In this document: piece by piece, positions 25,326 to 37,698 of the stretch | Numbering within the stretch: position 1 is the first letter of the stretch | Layout of the letters: each line of letters starts with the position of its first letter | Source: Eledone cirrhosa | Lineage: Eukaryota | Length of the DNA: 64,000 nucleotides | Direction of reading: 5' to 3' | Assembly (NCBI GenBank): GCA_964016885.1 | Contig: OZ024752.1 | Location: forward strand, 27,156,001 to 27,220,000 | Translations under genes and position numbers: made by a program | The notes under the pieces: generated by a model | Told to the model about the DNA's origin: nothing | Database searches by the model: none | Seen by the model: the letters and a program-made list of their open reading frames with translations, nothing else

Positions 25326-27703
25326 AACCTTACCCATGACATATTGGATGTGTGTCTGTGTGTGTAAATGTATGCGAGAATGTTATATCTGGGCGTGTGT
25401 GTGTGTGTTAGTGTCTGTGAGTGTTTGAGTGTATGTGTGTGTATGTGAGTGTGTTGGGGTGGGCTGGAGATATGTGTGTGTGTGTATATGTGTGTGACTA
25501 TATTTCTGAAACTCTTATAATTTATAGGAGAGAGTTATCCCAGGCTATGAGATATTAAAAAGAGCTATGCTGAGGAATTAATCCTTAAAAAAAAAGCTTC
25601 CTATAAATTACAAAATACAGACAGAACAAAACAAAAACATCAGTTATTTTTCTTCTGCACTTCTCCCTTGTTATCTTTCGATGGAATGCATTCACAATTC
25701 TGTCCAACCCGATCGTGCAGCAAAACCTGTTTGATGTTTTGCAAAGGACATGGATTAGTAGAAAGATCAATTAATGTTTCATGTTTGCAGGGCGTTGCAA
25801 GAATAATTATGAGAGTAGCTACTAAACCATTATTATTCTGCTTCATAAATTCATTAACGAAAAAACTGTGGAGATTTATTGTTTGTAGTTTATGAAATTT
25901 AAATGAAGACACTCAAGCAATCAAACAAAAATACGGTAACATAGGGGTACTTAATATTTATATATGGATTACTAGAATTTCAGCAATGAATCATATTGAT
26001 TGGTGAATTGTTTGTAAGATAATAATAGAATAGAAAAAACTGTATAACCTCATTTGCAATTTTCTATTAGAATATATGTATTTAACGAAACGTAATATCT
26101 AATATCAGCATACAGTTACACATCCATAAATCAGATAAATGTGTTTAACCCATGTTTATGGATTTATAAGCAACATCAATGTTATAATTGAAAGATAAAT
26201 TACAGCAACTGAGAGTCACCTGCCGACAGCTATTTGTCTAGTCTACAAACATTGCTTGGTTGTATAAGAAAATTATTTCCTGATATGGACACAAGATCCA
26301 GTTTTCATAGGGGTTAGTTAAAGTCGTTTTAAAACAACCCCGCGTTACTTTATTTAATTATTTAAACCTGTGCTGTGTAGAGCTGGTAAGCCATTACAGA
26401 CTCGAAAATGTATTTTCTACCCCTTATAATTAAAACGGAAAAACAAGAGTGAGACAAAGAGAAAGAAAAAGAAGGCAAAAGCAGCAGAAATTAGAAAAGG
26501 ATGAAAAACATTGACAGCTATAAATCGCGTAAATATCTGATTCCAAAAGAAATTCACATCCCAACATATATTACTGGTACTTTTGTTTGTACTTAGAAGA
26601 AAAATTAAAAGTTATTCTCCCTTGTTGAATTTGACTCAGAAACTATAACAATGTGAGTGCATTTAGTTCGATGTTCTTCTAACTTTACCTTCCATTTTCT
26701 CATTAACGTGACAATGTAAAATTAGTACAATGTTAGGCTGACGAGTGGAAGAAGGTGGATATTGAAATAAATTGTTATTTGGTGAGTAATTTGATTCTTA
26801 TTTAGTCATCAACCTACAATTGAATAATAACAGTGTTGACAAATTAGTTCCCAGATTGTTTTGTTTTGTAAATTCTTCAATGTCTTAAAGTGAACAAAAA
26901 CACGACACACTATTGCACACCAAGAAATCTGACTCAGAATAATTATATATATTTTAATTAGATAATTAAAAGTAATCAAAGTATCTTTTTTCTTTTATTG
27001 GTTTGGTTTAGAAGGAGGTGTTGTGCTCACAGTTTTTGCGGGGACTTCCGAGATTAGGGAGTTCCACACGGATTATGACCCGTTTAGATAATTGCGAAAG
27101 TTGATGACTGCAATGAAAACAATCACCAACATTACTGGGAGTAAATTCCATAAGCTGGATGTTCTGATGAGTAATAAGGACTGTCTGTAGTGTATAGTGC
27201 AGTGTCTGTGGATGTGGACACAATGTAGGGAATGAGAAATGTTCCTAAGTAGATTTTACATACGAGGAGCCAATTCCGAAGAACCCCTATAGAAATGATA
27301 GAAAAACAATAGAGGAGACACAGCAAATCTCTAGGCCGTTGCATACAACACATTGAGGGGCCATGTCTTAAGATATTACTCAAATACTGGAAATAACTGC
27401 TAAATCTCTTTCAAATAAAGATGTTTAATCTTAATAAAATAAAGACATATGAAATAAAATATTCCTGGATATATTATGCCTAAAAATGATACGATTGTTA
27501 AACATGGAACAACATTAACATAAATATGCTGGATCAAAGATAACCTATATTAAAGAGCATATACAAGAATAACAAATGCAAACCAGATATGGCAAATTGA
27601 TAATTGAATGTGAAGGTCAAATAGAACTACGTTCACACATTTCAAAAGTGTGTCTTCTTTTTACTATTTCGAATAAATAGTCATTATATATATATATATA
27701 TAT

Positions 27704-27892
27704 AGGGCGGTGGATTGGCAGTATCGGTGGAGGGTCGGACGCCATGCTTTCCAGCATAGTTACGTCCCTTTACGATCTGAGTTCAAATCCCGCCGAGGTT
27801 GACTTTGCCTTTCATCCTTACGGGGTCGATAAAATAAAGTACCAGTAATGCACTGGGTAATTGCTGGCCTTGTGCCTAAAGTAGAAACAATT
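27704..27892 (+). mobile_element. SINE family A (full), followed by an inverted partial copy at 27917-28022
   Basis: Family A sequence; tail-to-tail partial copy across (TA)n. Confidence 0.85.
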
Positions 27893-28257
27893 ATATATAT
27901 ATATATATATATATATAATTATTTCTACTTTAGGCACAAGGCCAACAATTATCCAGTACATTACTGGTACTTTATTTTATCGACCCCGCAAAGATGAAAG
28001 GCATTAACCTTGGCGGGATTTGATATTATATATATATATATATATAATAACGGGATTAGATATTATATATATATATATATATATATATAGATATAATAAC
28101 TATTATATATATATGTATATATTAGAAAGTGAGGTTTTTTTACAAAATGAAAAATAACCGAGGTGTCCTACACGAGTGAAAGTATAAAGAAAAAGGCTGA
28201 AATCGAAAATGCCACTGGAGTCTTATTTAAAAAAAATATATATATATTTATTTGGTT

Positions 28258-28295
28258 CCTTTACCGGTTTCGTAGGTCTTCTGCTTTTCAAAAGT
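28258..28295 (-). ncRNA. Possible minimal HHR, U3-A8 variant
   Basis: Minus strand ctt TTGAAAA gcag-aagac-ctac GAAA ccgg TA aag; one stem II mismatch. Confidence 0.5.
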
Positions 28296-28315
28296 AGAGT
28301 TGCGAAGGAGGGCCT

Positions 28316-28491
<176 letters not shown>

Positions 28492-28570
28492 TATATACAC
28501 ATATATATATATATATATATATAAGTATGTGTGTATACGTACATACATATATGTATACAGACGTACAGTA

Positions 28571-28627
<57 letters not shown>

Positions 28628-29282
28628 TATAGATAGGTAAATATACACGGGTGTGTATGATTGTGTATAGAAGATTATATTAATAAGAGGAATTCCAACT
28701 TTGTCTGATTTACTCGTTTTATTTACAATCCTTTAAAATATATATAATGGTATTATAATGAAATAGTATGATAGAATATTAAATTCTAAGTGTTAATTGA
28801 ACAAGTACTTTCATGCTTTCGCAATCTTCAGGTTCATGATATGTGGTGACAGTCGAGTTTGCAATTTTCAACTGTAATGAGATGGGTAAATTTCCTACCT
28901 TTTATACATTTTATACAGAGAAAAGTGGCTCCAGAATGCAAAGCCCTGTAAACTGTATTTCGACCAATCAGTGTGTAGTTTCACTGAATTACTACAGCTG
29001 ATTGGTTTAAGCGTCACGGCTGGTTGAGCATGCTAACGACCAATAGTCATATCCAACGTATCAATTGTTTTGCTTTTTTGAAATGATGAAAATAGCATTT
29101 TCTATTAATCATCACCATCAACATCACTTTTATTATTATTATTATTGTTGTTGTTGTTGTTGTTAGTGGTCGTGGTCATAGTGGTAGTAGAAGTAATACC
29201 CCTAGGCGTTATTATTGTTCATTTAGCTTGGGTTTGAATTTATCAATAAAATTCTTTTCTTTGATTTTTCTCTTGATTTCAT

Positions 29283-30452
29283 TTGGGCTGTGTTCCCGTT
29301 TACGCGAACTCTGTAATGGGATACTTAGAACAACAACTCTACCAAGAAATAGAGGAAAAATATAGTACTGACTTTAGAAAGTACATTGAAAAATCTTGGA
29401 AGAGATACCTTGACGACTGTTTCATCATCTGGACAGAATCTCTAGATACTCTGGATGAGTTCAATATCCTCCTGAATAACCTACACCCATCTCTCCAATT
29501 CACAAAAGAGATGAGTAGGACCAAATTACCATTCCTAGATATAATGATAATCAAAAACGACACCACCATTACCACGGATATATATTATAAACACACAGAC
29601 ACCCATCAATATCTGAATTTTAAGTCGTGCCATCCACCTCATACAAAACGCAACATCCCATACTGCCTAGCCAGAAGAATTTGTACCATTGTAGAAGATA
29701 CGAATACCAGGTACAAACGCCTAACAGAACTAAGAGAATTTTTGCTCAAACAAAAATACCCATCTCTACTTATAGAAAATGTCATACAGCGGGCTATAAA
29801 AATACCTATACAACAACTTAGAACAACCCAAAGAAGAAGAAACCAAGAACTGGTCATACCATTTATAATGACACACAACCCATGTCACCAGAATATCTTC
29901 AACACTGCCAAAGCAAACCTACCGATCATTGCTCAAAGTAATGAATTAAAAGGCTTAATCACAGATCGATCTTTGACTCTTAGTAAAAGACAGCCAAAAA
30001 ATTTGAAGCAATTGCTAACAAAAGCAAAGTTTGACCTTAACAACAAAGACCAATCATTCACTGTATCTAAATGCAATGATAATCGATGCGGCACATGTCA
30101 ATCCATACACGCCGGTCAATATATGAAAACAAAAACTGGAAAAATATTCACAAATGCAAATATGAACTGCAAAAGCAGAAATCTAATTTACTGCATTAAA
30201 TGCCCGAATTGTGAAGAACTATATGTCGGTCAAACTGGAAATGCACTATCGGAACGTGCACGGGTACACCGTCAACAAATCAGAGACCCAAATGTCCGTC
30301 AGATACCCCTAAGCGGCCACCTGGCAACATGTGGTCAGGGAATATTTATAATATTCCCATTCTACAAATTACACAGCCCAAATGAAATCAAGAGAAAAAT
30401 CAAAGAAAAGAATTTTATTGATAAATTCAAACCCAAGCTAAATGAACAATAA
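29283..30452 (+). CDS. PLE reverse transcriptase C-terminal half plus GIY-YIG endonuclease (5'-truncated, open)
   Basis: WKRYLDDCF, LPFLDI, DIYYKxTD, CNDNRCGTC linker, LIYCIKC..LYVGQT, RARVH; first few codons come from the inverted arm. Confidence 0.88.
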   Translation: MGCVPVYANSVMGYLEQQLYQEIEEKYSTDFRKYIEKSWKRYLDDCFIIWTESLDTLDEFNILLNNLHPSLQFTKEMSRTKLPFLDIMIIKNDTTITTDIYYKHTDTHQYLNFKSCHPPHTKRNIPYCLARRICTIVEDTNTRYKRLTELREFLLKQKYPSLLIENVIQRAIKIPIQQLRTTQRRRNQELVIPFIMTHNPCHQNIFNTAKANLPIIAQSNELKGLITDRSLTLSKRQPKNLKQLLTKAKFDLNNKDQSFTVSKCNDNRCGTCQSIHAGQYMKTKTGKIFTNANMNCKSRNLIYCIKCPNCEELYVGQTGNALSERARVHRQQIRDPNVRQIPLSGHLATCGQGIFIIFPFYKLHSPNEIKRKIKEKNFIDKFKPKLNEQ

Positions 30453-30827
30453 TAACGCCTAGGGGTATTACTTCTACTACCACTATGACCACGACCACTA
30501 ACAACAACAACAACAACAATAATAATAATAATAAAAGTGATGTTGATGGTGATGATTAATAGAAAATGCTATTTTCATCATTTCAAAAAAGCAAAACAAT
30601 TGATACGTTGGATATGACTATTGGTCGTTAGCATGCTCAACCAGCCGTGACGCTTAAACCAATCAGCTGTAGTAATTCAGTGAAACTACACACTGATTGG
30701 TCGAAATACTGTTTACAGGGCTTTGCATTCTGGAGCCACTTTTCTCTGTATAAAATGTATAAAAGGTAGGAAATTTACCCATCTCATTACAGTTGAAAAT
30801 TGCAAACTCGACTGTCACCACATATCA

Positions 30828-30866
30828 TGAACCTGAAGATTGCGAAAGCATGAAAGTACTTGTTCA
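30828..30866 (+). ncRNA. Minimal type I HHR in PLE pLTR
   Basis: tgaac CTGAAGA t tgc-gaaa-gca t GAAA gtac TT gttca. Confidence 0.8.
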
Positions 30867-31009
30867 ATTAACACTTAGAATTTAATATTCTATCATACTA
30901 TTTCATTATAATACCATTATATATATTTTAAAGGATTGTAAATAAAACGAGTAAATCAGACAAAGTTGGAATTCCTCTTATTAATATATATATATATATA
31001 TACATATAT

Positions 31010-31447
31010 ATACATACAGGCACACATACATATATGCACGTATCAGTTTAGCGGACGCTTATTATAACGCCGCTTTGTTCATTTGTAAACAAACTGAACA
31101 GCCTGAATGTTTATGCCGTACGGTGTTAAGGCAACCACGTCACCTTTTTGTTCAACACTGACACAGGAACGATGTACTAGTTTCAAGCTTGTTAGCTATC
31201 ATCAGCACCGTACACCCATCTGCCAGATAGTTGAACGTTCGAAAGTATATTCTCTCCTTATGAAAATTAACGGCTGAGCAGCCTAATTTGCATATCGAGT
31301 GAGCTAAGTCGGTCAGGCATACCGAAAACGATAAGTTGAAATAAAATGAAAACGAAATTTCATTTCTCACTCTTAGTACGGCACTTACTTAAATGTAAGT
31401 ATGTGTTTATACGTACATACATATATGTATACAGACGTACAGTAGCA

Positions 31448-31510
<63 letters not shown>

Positions 31511-31832
31511 CATATATATACATACAGGTACACATACATATATGCACGTATCAGTTTAGCTGACGCTTTTTATAACGCCGCTTTGTTCGTTTGTAAACAA
31601 ACTGAACAGCCTGAATTTTTATGCCGTACGGTGTTAAGGCAACCACGTCACCTTTTTGTTCAACACTGACACAGGAACGATGTACTAGTTTCAAGCTTGT
31701 TAGCTATCATCAGCACCGTATACCCATCTGCCAGATAGTTGAACGTTCGAAAGTATATACTTTCCTTATGAAAATTAAGTAAGTGCCGTACTAAGAGTGA
31801 AAAATGAAATTTCGTTTTCATTTTATTTCAAC
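31010..31832 (-). mobile_element. Retrozyme family 1, ~1.5 units with short inverted segment (31778-31832)
   Basis: Minus-strand HHRs at 31169-31211 and 31677-31719. Confidence 0.82.
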
Positions 31833-31853
31833 TATATATATATATATATATAT

Positions 31854-31998
31854 GAACGAGTAGGACCCCGACGGCTGAGCTCAAGCCGTTTCGACGGGTA
31901 ATTGAGCTCAGCCGTCGGGGTCCTACTCGTTCCTATTACCCACTCTACTACCCTAAGTATTGAGTACTTTGGTGCGTTATGGTCCATCTGGTTCCTTA
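31854..31998 (+). mobile_element. Fold-back family C copy
   Basis: gaacgagtaggaccccgacggctgagctcaa / ttgagctcagccgtcggggtcctactcgttc plus tail. Confidence 0.65.
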
Positions 31999-32022
31999 TG
32001 TATATATGTATATATATATATA

Positions 32023-32428
32023 TATTTAGAAACACACAGATACATGCGGACACACACATATATACATGAATGCATCCGCACCCAACTGTGAGTTAAGGGT
32101 GCCAACTTCACCGATGTTGCTCAATGAATGACTGGGACAGACCAATTCAGTTTGAACCAGACTGAACCAGTATCAGAGTTAAAAATACATTATGAAGAGA
32201 GAAGAAACATTTAGATATAATTAGTAATAAAATGTATCATACCTAAACTGTTCCTAAATTCCTCGACTACGTAGTTTCGTGGCATAAACAAAAACAATAT
32301 ATCAAAGATATAGAGTCCTTGCGAGGTCTGCCGACTTATCAAGAGGATACCTCATTTTACTAGTCTCAAGAACGCGTCTACACGACGTGAGAAAGAATCC
32401 CAAAAGGCGGAGGGGGAGACAGTCACGC
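32023..32428 (-). mobile_element. Family 2 copy with U3-A8 HHR at 32260-32347
   Basis: Reverse complement of ~822-1228. Confidence 0.8.
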
Positions 32429-32448
32429 TATATATATATATATATAGG

Positions 32449-32645
32449 TACGTTATTCCGGGTTGAATCGGAGGTAACCACAGTAAGTAAGGTATTCAAT
32501 ACATTGCAGAGTATAACAGTTTTAATATATAGATGAGATTATACAGGACTAGAACAGTTTAATTCTTTAGAAATCATCAGGAATCTCTGATTCCTGATGA
32601 TTTCTAAAGAATGAAACAGTTCTAGTCCTGTAGAATCTCATCTAT
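32449..32645. mobile_element. Fold-back PLE family D, back-to-back HHR pair
   Basis: + HHR at 32589-32637 (gattc CTGATGA tttc-taaa-gaat GAAA cag-ttctagtc-ctg TA gaatc); minus copy 32536-32586 has GAAA changed to TAAA. Confidence 0.75.
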
Positions 32646-32654
32646 ATATATATA

Positions 32655-33580
32655 GTACTAAGAGTGATAAATGAAATTTCGTTTCATTCTATTCCATTTA
32701 TCGTTTTCGGTGCGCCTGGCCGTCTGAACTTACTCGATATGCAAATTGGGCTGCTCAGCCGTTCATTTTCATAAGGAAAGTATATATTTTCGGACGTTCA
32801 ACCATCTGGCAGAAAGGTATACGGTGCTGACGATAGCTAATAAGCTTGAAACTAGTACATCGTTCCTGTGTCAGTGTTGAACAAAAAGGTGACGTGGTTG
32901 CCTAAACACTATACGGCGTAATTCAGGCTGTTTGTTTGTTTACAAACGAACAAACTGAGCATTATAATAAATGTTCGGTAAACTGATACGTGCATATATA
33001 TATGTGTGCCTGTATGTATATATATACATGCTACTGTACGTCTGTATACATATATGTATGTACGTATACATACATACTTACATTTAAGTAAGTGCCGTAC
33101 TAAGAGTGATAAATGAAATTTCGTTTCATTCTATTCCATTTATCGTTTACGGTGCGCCTGCCCGACTGAACTCACTCGACATGCAAATTGGGCTGCTCAG
33201 CCGTTCATTTTCATAAGGAAAGTATATACTTTCGGACGTTCAACCATCTGGCAGAAAGGTATACGGTGCTGACGATAGCTAATAAACTTGAAACTAGTAC
33301 ATCGTTCCTGTGTCAGTGTTGAACAAAAAGGTGACGTGGTTGCCTAAACACTGTACGGCGTAATTCAGGCTAACTGTTTGTTTACAAACGAACAAACCGA
33401 GCATTATAATAAATGTTCGGTAAACTGATACGTGCATATATATATGTGTGCCTGTATGTATATATATACATGCTACTGTACGTCTGTATACATATATGTA
33501 TGTACGTATACATACATACTTTCATTTAAGTAAGTGCCGTACTAAGAGTGAGAAATGAAATTTCGTTTCATTCTATTCCA

Positions 33581-33582
<2 letters not shown>
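32655..33582 (+). mobile_element. Retrozyme family 1b, two tandem ~442-nt units
   Basis: HHRs at 32821-32863 and 33263-33305 (CTGACGA core); ends on (TA)n. Confidence 0.82.
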
Positions 33583-33661
<79 letters not shown>

Positions 33662-33690
33662 GTATATATATATGTAAATATATGTATATA

Positions 33691-33729
<39 letters not shown>

Positions 33730-33797
33730 ATATATATATATATATATATGCATATATACATTTATATATGTATATATACATATATATATACATATAT

Positions 33798-33888
<91 letters not shown>

Positions 33889-34271
33889 GAAAGTAAAACA
33901 AAGAAGCCTTCAATACATCAAAAGTCATTATTAGCCAACAATGTTTCGTCCTATTAAGGACTCATCAGGGCAATTAAAACAACAAGAAGTATTATTATTA
34001 CCGCTTACTTATAATAATAATAACATAATATCACATAGGTGTATCTGAACCCATCCATAAGTTAACCCACGGGACTCGTAATAGGGAATATAATACCTCT
34101 AGGAAACAAGTCGAACCCTCTGAGCGCTCACTCATTGGTGATAATTTTGCTAGATCTAATTCTAATAATGTTGCTTCTACTGATCCTATTATTGGCCCTA
34201 ATCCTTTTGATGGGATTCCAGACGACAGCAGATCTACTAGACGTAGAAACAGTAAGAGACTTAATGGAATT

Positions 34272-35165
34272 TTGGCTGATTCTAATAATGCGGTTTTAAC
34301 TAATCCTTGTAGTAACCCTAGTCTTAATAGTGGGATATTAGATAATGGTAGAGTCGGTAAGGATAAAAATAGAAGGAGACTAAATACTTATTTTAACCCG
34401 CCATATAATCAGGAAGTATTAACTAATATCCCTAGGTCTTTCTTTTCTATCTTAGAGAAAAATTTCCCCCCTTCTCATAAATACCATAGTATTTTTAATA
34501 AAAATGTTATTAAACTTTCATTCTCTACCACCCCTAATATTAGTTCTCATTTAGCTAGCACTAACAATAGGAAAATTAGGGATGGATTCTCGTCTCTACA
34601 TACTACTAGTCTGAACAGATCTGGAAATGCCTTACCACCAGAACAGACCTTACCTAATAGCAATCATACGTGTAATGCATCACTACTTCAGCCAACCAAT
34701 AGCACCCGGAAGTGTAACTGTAGAGTGAGTGCTAACTGCCCTTTAAACGGTAACTGCCTCTCTAAGAACATCGTCTATGCTTGCGTAGTTATAACTAATT
34801 CCTCTAATAGAACTTATATAGGCTCCACATCTAACACTTTTAAGACTAGGTTTAATTCTCATATCTCTAATTTCAAACATGTTAAGTTTAAGAATTCTAC
34901 TTCTTTAGCACACTATATCTGGGATCTTAAGGGGGCTAATATACCATATAGCCTTAATTGGCGTTTAGTAGCACGCTCTAATAACCTTTCTACACATACT
35001 AAATTTTGTAATCTCTGTATCCTCGAGACACACTCTATAATTTTCTCTAGCGAATCCTTACTTAATAGAAAGTCTGAGATATTCTCTTCTTGCCCCCACG
35101 CTATTTCTAATTCTTACTTTTATTATAAACCTAAAGTTTCTAGTAGTATAAATTGTATCCATTAG
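34272..35165 (+). CDS. PLE GIY-YIG endonuclease region (truncated)
   Basis: YFNPPY, CNCR..CPLNGNCL, NIVY...TYIG, FKTRFNSH, CNLCILE. Confidence 0.8.
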   Translation: MADSNNAVLTNPCSNPSLNSGILDNGRVGKDKNRRRLNTYFNPPYNQEVLTNIPRSFFSILEKNFPPSHKYHSIFNKNVIKLSFSTTPNISSHLASTNNRKIRDGFSSLHTTSLNRSGNALPPEQTLPNSNHTCNASLLQPTNSTRKCNCRVSANCPLNGNCLSKNIVYACVVITNSSNRTYIGSTSNTFKTRFNSHISNFKHVKFKNSTSLAHYIWDLKGANIPYSLNWRLVARSNNLSTHTKFCNLCILETHSIIFSSESLLNRKSEIFSSCPHAISNSYFYYKPKVSSSINCIH

Positions 35166-36513
35166 CTGATATATTCCATTACTTATTTTTTAGTTTAGGT
35201 TCTTTTTGTTTACCACCATTATTATCATCATTATTATCATTGGTTTTTGACAACTCTTTATTCTAGCTCTCATAATCTTTTGGCTACTATACCCTATCTA
35301 TCTTCTTACGCATTACATTTTCACTATTAACACCTTATGAGTATATATCTGATGATATATTTTACATTATTTTATTTTATTTCATTTTATTTTATTTTAC
35401 TTTATTTGGATTCTTCTTTGGATATTTTAAATATTTTTAATATTAATTTATCAAATAGGGTTTTCGGGTCATTTACCGGGGTTGTTTCCTAAGTTTTTAC
35501 TTAAGTGCATGTGAGACCTAAGTATATACTTTTGTTTTTGTTTTTTAATTTCCGGTTGATTCTATTTATTTATTTATTTATTAATACTACTGTGCATTCT
35601 ATTTACTGTTTGGCCCTTACTCACTCATCCACATATATGTTTGTTTACCAACCTTGTAATTATCAGTAATTATATATTATATTATGTTAATTATTTTATA
35701 TTGTATTTGTTATTGTACTATCGATCCTTATTACTTACCGTTGATTATATGTACCATTATGATATGTTAAATTTTATATATTATGTAAGATGTTTATATT
35801 TTTGTACCATCATAATTTTGGGTATTGTACAATTTATATTTTTTTCTCACCTACTATATGAATTGATTTGTTGACTTGCATGCCATTATATATTATATAT
35901 TATATATGTTATTATATTATTATTATAGTATTATTGTGACATCTATATTGTTTGTGTAAATTAACCGGAGATTATCTATTATATTATATTATATAGTATA
36001 TAATTGTATAGTTTATTATATATTATATGTGCTACTTATAATCATATCATATTATTACCTCATGCATATTAGATATACGGATTATTATTATTATTATTAT
36101 TATTATTATTTTTATTCCTATCATGCTTATTTATATTTAAACTCTTAATAAGGTTTAATTTGTGCTGTTAAAGATGGATATGTGTATTGATGTATGTGTA
36201 TATGTGCGTACGTGTGTATATATGTATATTGTACCTTTTAATTTTTATTGTAATTTTAATATTGTTACAAGTATATTATATTATATTATATAGTATTATA
36301 TATAATTCCCGCTCTATATAACCACCTTTTTTTTGCTCTAGGTTTTTTTTTGCTTTGGACTATATTTGTAATATGGTTCTAAATGTTATACACCTCCTTA
36401 GTGATTTTTATTACATATTTTCACCCATAATCTTGCAATACTTTAGTGTATGTACACTCCATATTCTTCGGAGTTTTCGGCTTGTATTGGCCGATAATAC
36501 TTCTTGTTATTTT

Positions 36514-36559
36514 AATTGCCCTGATGAGTCCTTAATAGGACGAAACATTGTTGGCTAAT
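36514..36559 (+). ncRNA. Minimal type I HHR
   Basis: attgcc CTGATGA gtcct-taat-aggac GAAA cattg TT ggctaat. Confidence 0.82.
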
Positions 36560-36719
36560 AAAGACTTTTGATGTATTGAAGGCTTCTTTGTTTTACTTTC
36601 ATAATTCTTCGGCTCTGTTTAATTACATTGAGCTATACCATTTACTGTCATTTCTATAATACTAAGAGGGTGTTTAACTCCAACACGCTCCAGTATTTTA
36701 ATCCTATATATATATATAT

Positions 36720-36794
<75 letters not shown>

Positions 36795-36797
<3 letters not shown>

Positions 36798-37379
36798 TTA
36801 ATATAGATGAGATTCTACAGGACTAGAACTATTTCATTCTTTAGAAATCATCAGGAATCTGGGTATCAAAAAATAAGTATGGTATTTAGGGTATGGTATA
36901 TAAGTAGGAGAGGGTGGGGAGTGGGATCGGTGTAGGTCATTGGTTGATAGAAAAGGGAATTCATTAAAGACTAATTCTACAAACCTATAGTTTATTTTTA
37001 TTTTTAGAGAAACAAAGGCAGAAAGAATTCTATAAACAGGTTCAGGATTGGGTGCCGCTCCTTATTATTAAGTTTCTCTTAAGCTAACAGGTGTCTATAA
37101 GATCAGTGGGGGTCAGTCATGGTTGATAGATTTAAAGGAAGGGGAGATTCTTTAAAAGCTAAATTCTTTAAGGTTCTACTAAATGACAAAGGTTTAGAGA
37201 ATTCTGTAGACAAATTCAAAATATTGAGTGCATATCATACAATTATCTTCAAATTTCTCTTAACTATTCAACTATATGCTAAAAATCAACAGACACATTC
37301 ACTAACACACTCACTCACACACTCGCGCGCACCCATAAACACACACACATACACATATACACATATATACACGCACACA

Positions 37380-37380
<1 letters not shown>
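36795..37380 (-). mobile_element. PLE family D pLTR, inverted arm
   Basis: Reverse complement of ~39940-40535. Confidence 0.75.
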
Positions 37381-37469
<89 letters not shown>

Positions 37470-37508
37470 CACACACACATACATACACACATACACACAT
37501 ACACACAA

Positions 37509-37560
<52 letters not shown>

Positions 37561-37608
37561 GCACATATATACACACACACATACACACACATACACACAT
37601 ATATATAT

Positions 37609-37696
<88 letters not shown>

Positions 37697-37698
<2 letters not shown>

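Larger units (their letters stand above)
28678..30984 (+). mobile_element. 5'-truncated Penelope-like element with inverted 5' pLTR
   Basis: 28678-29293 is the reverse complement of 30371-30984; RT-GIY-YIG ORF; HHRs at 30828-30866 (+) and 28798-28836 (-). Confidence 0.9.
33886..36705 (+). mobile_element. 5'-truncated Penelope-like element (second lineage) with short inverted 5' pLTR
   Basis: 33886-33992 is the reverse complement of 36495-36604; GIY-YIG ORF; HHR in both arms. Confidence 0.8.

Noticed and set aside
25668-25895. Cys-containing 75-aa ORF
   Set aside because: No recognisable domain or splice structure
27008-27383. Two overlapping minus-strand ORFs
   Set aside because: No motifs I can recognise; possibly decayed repeat
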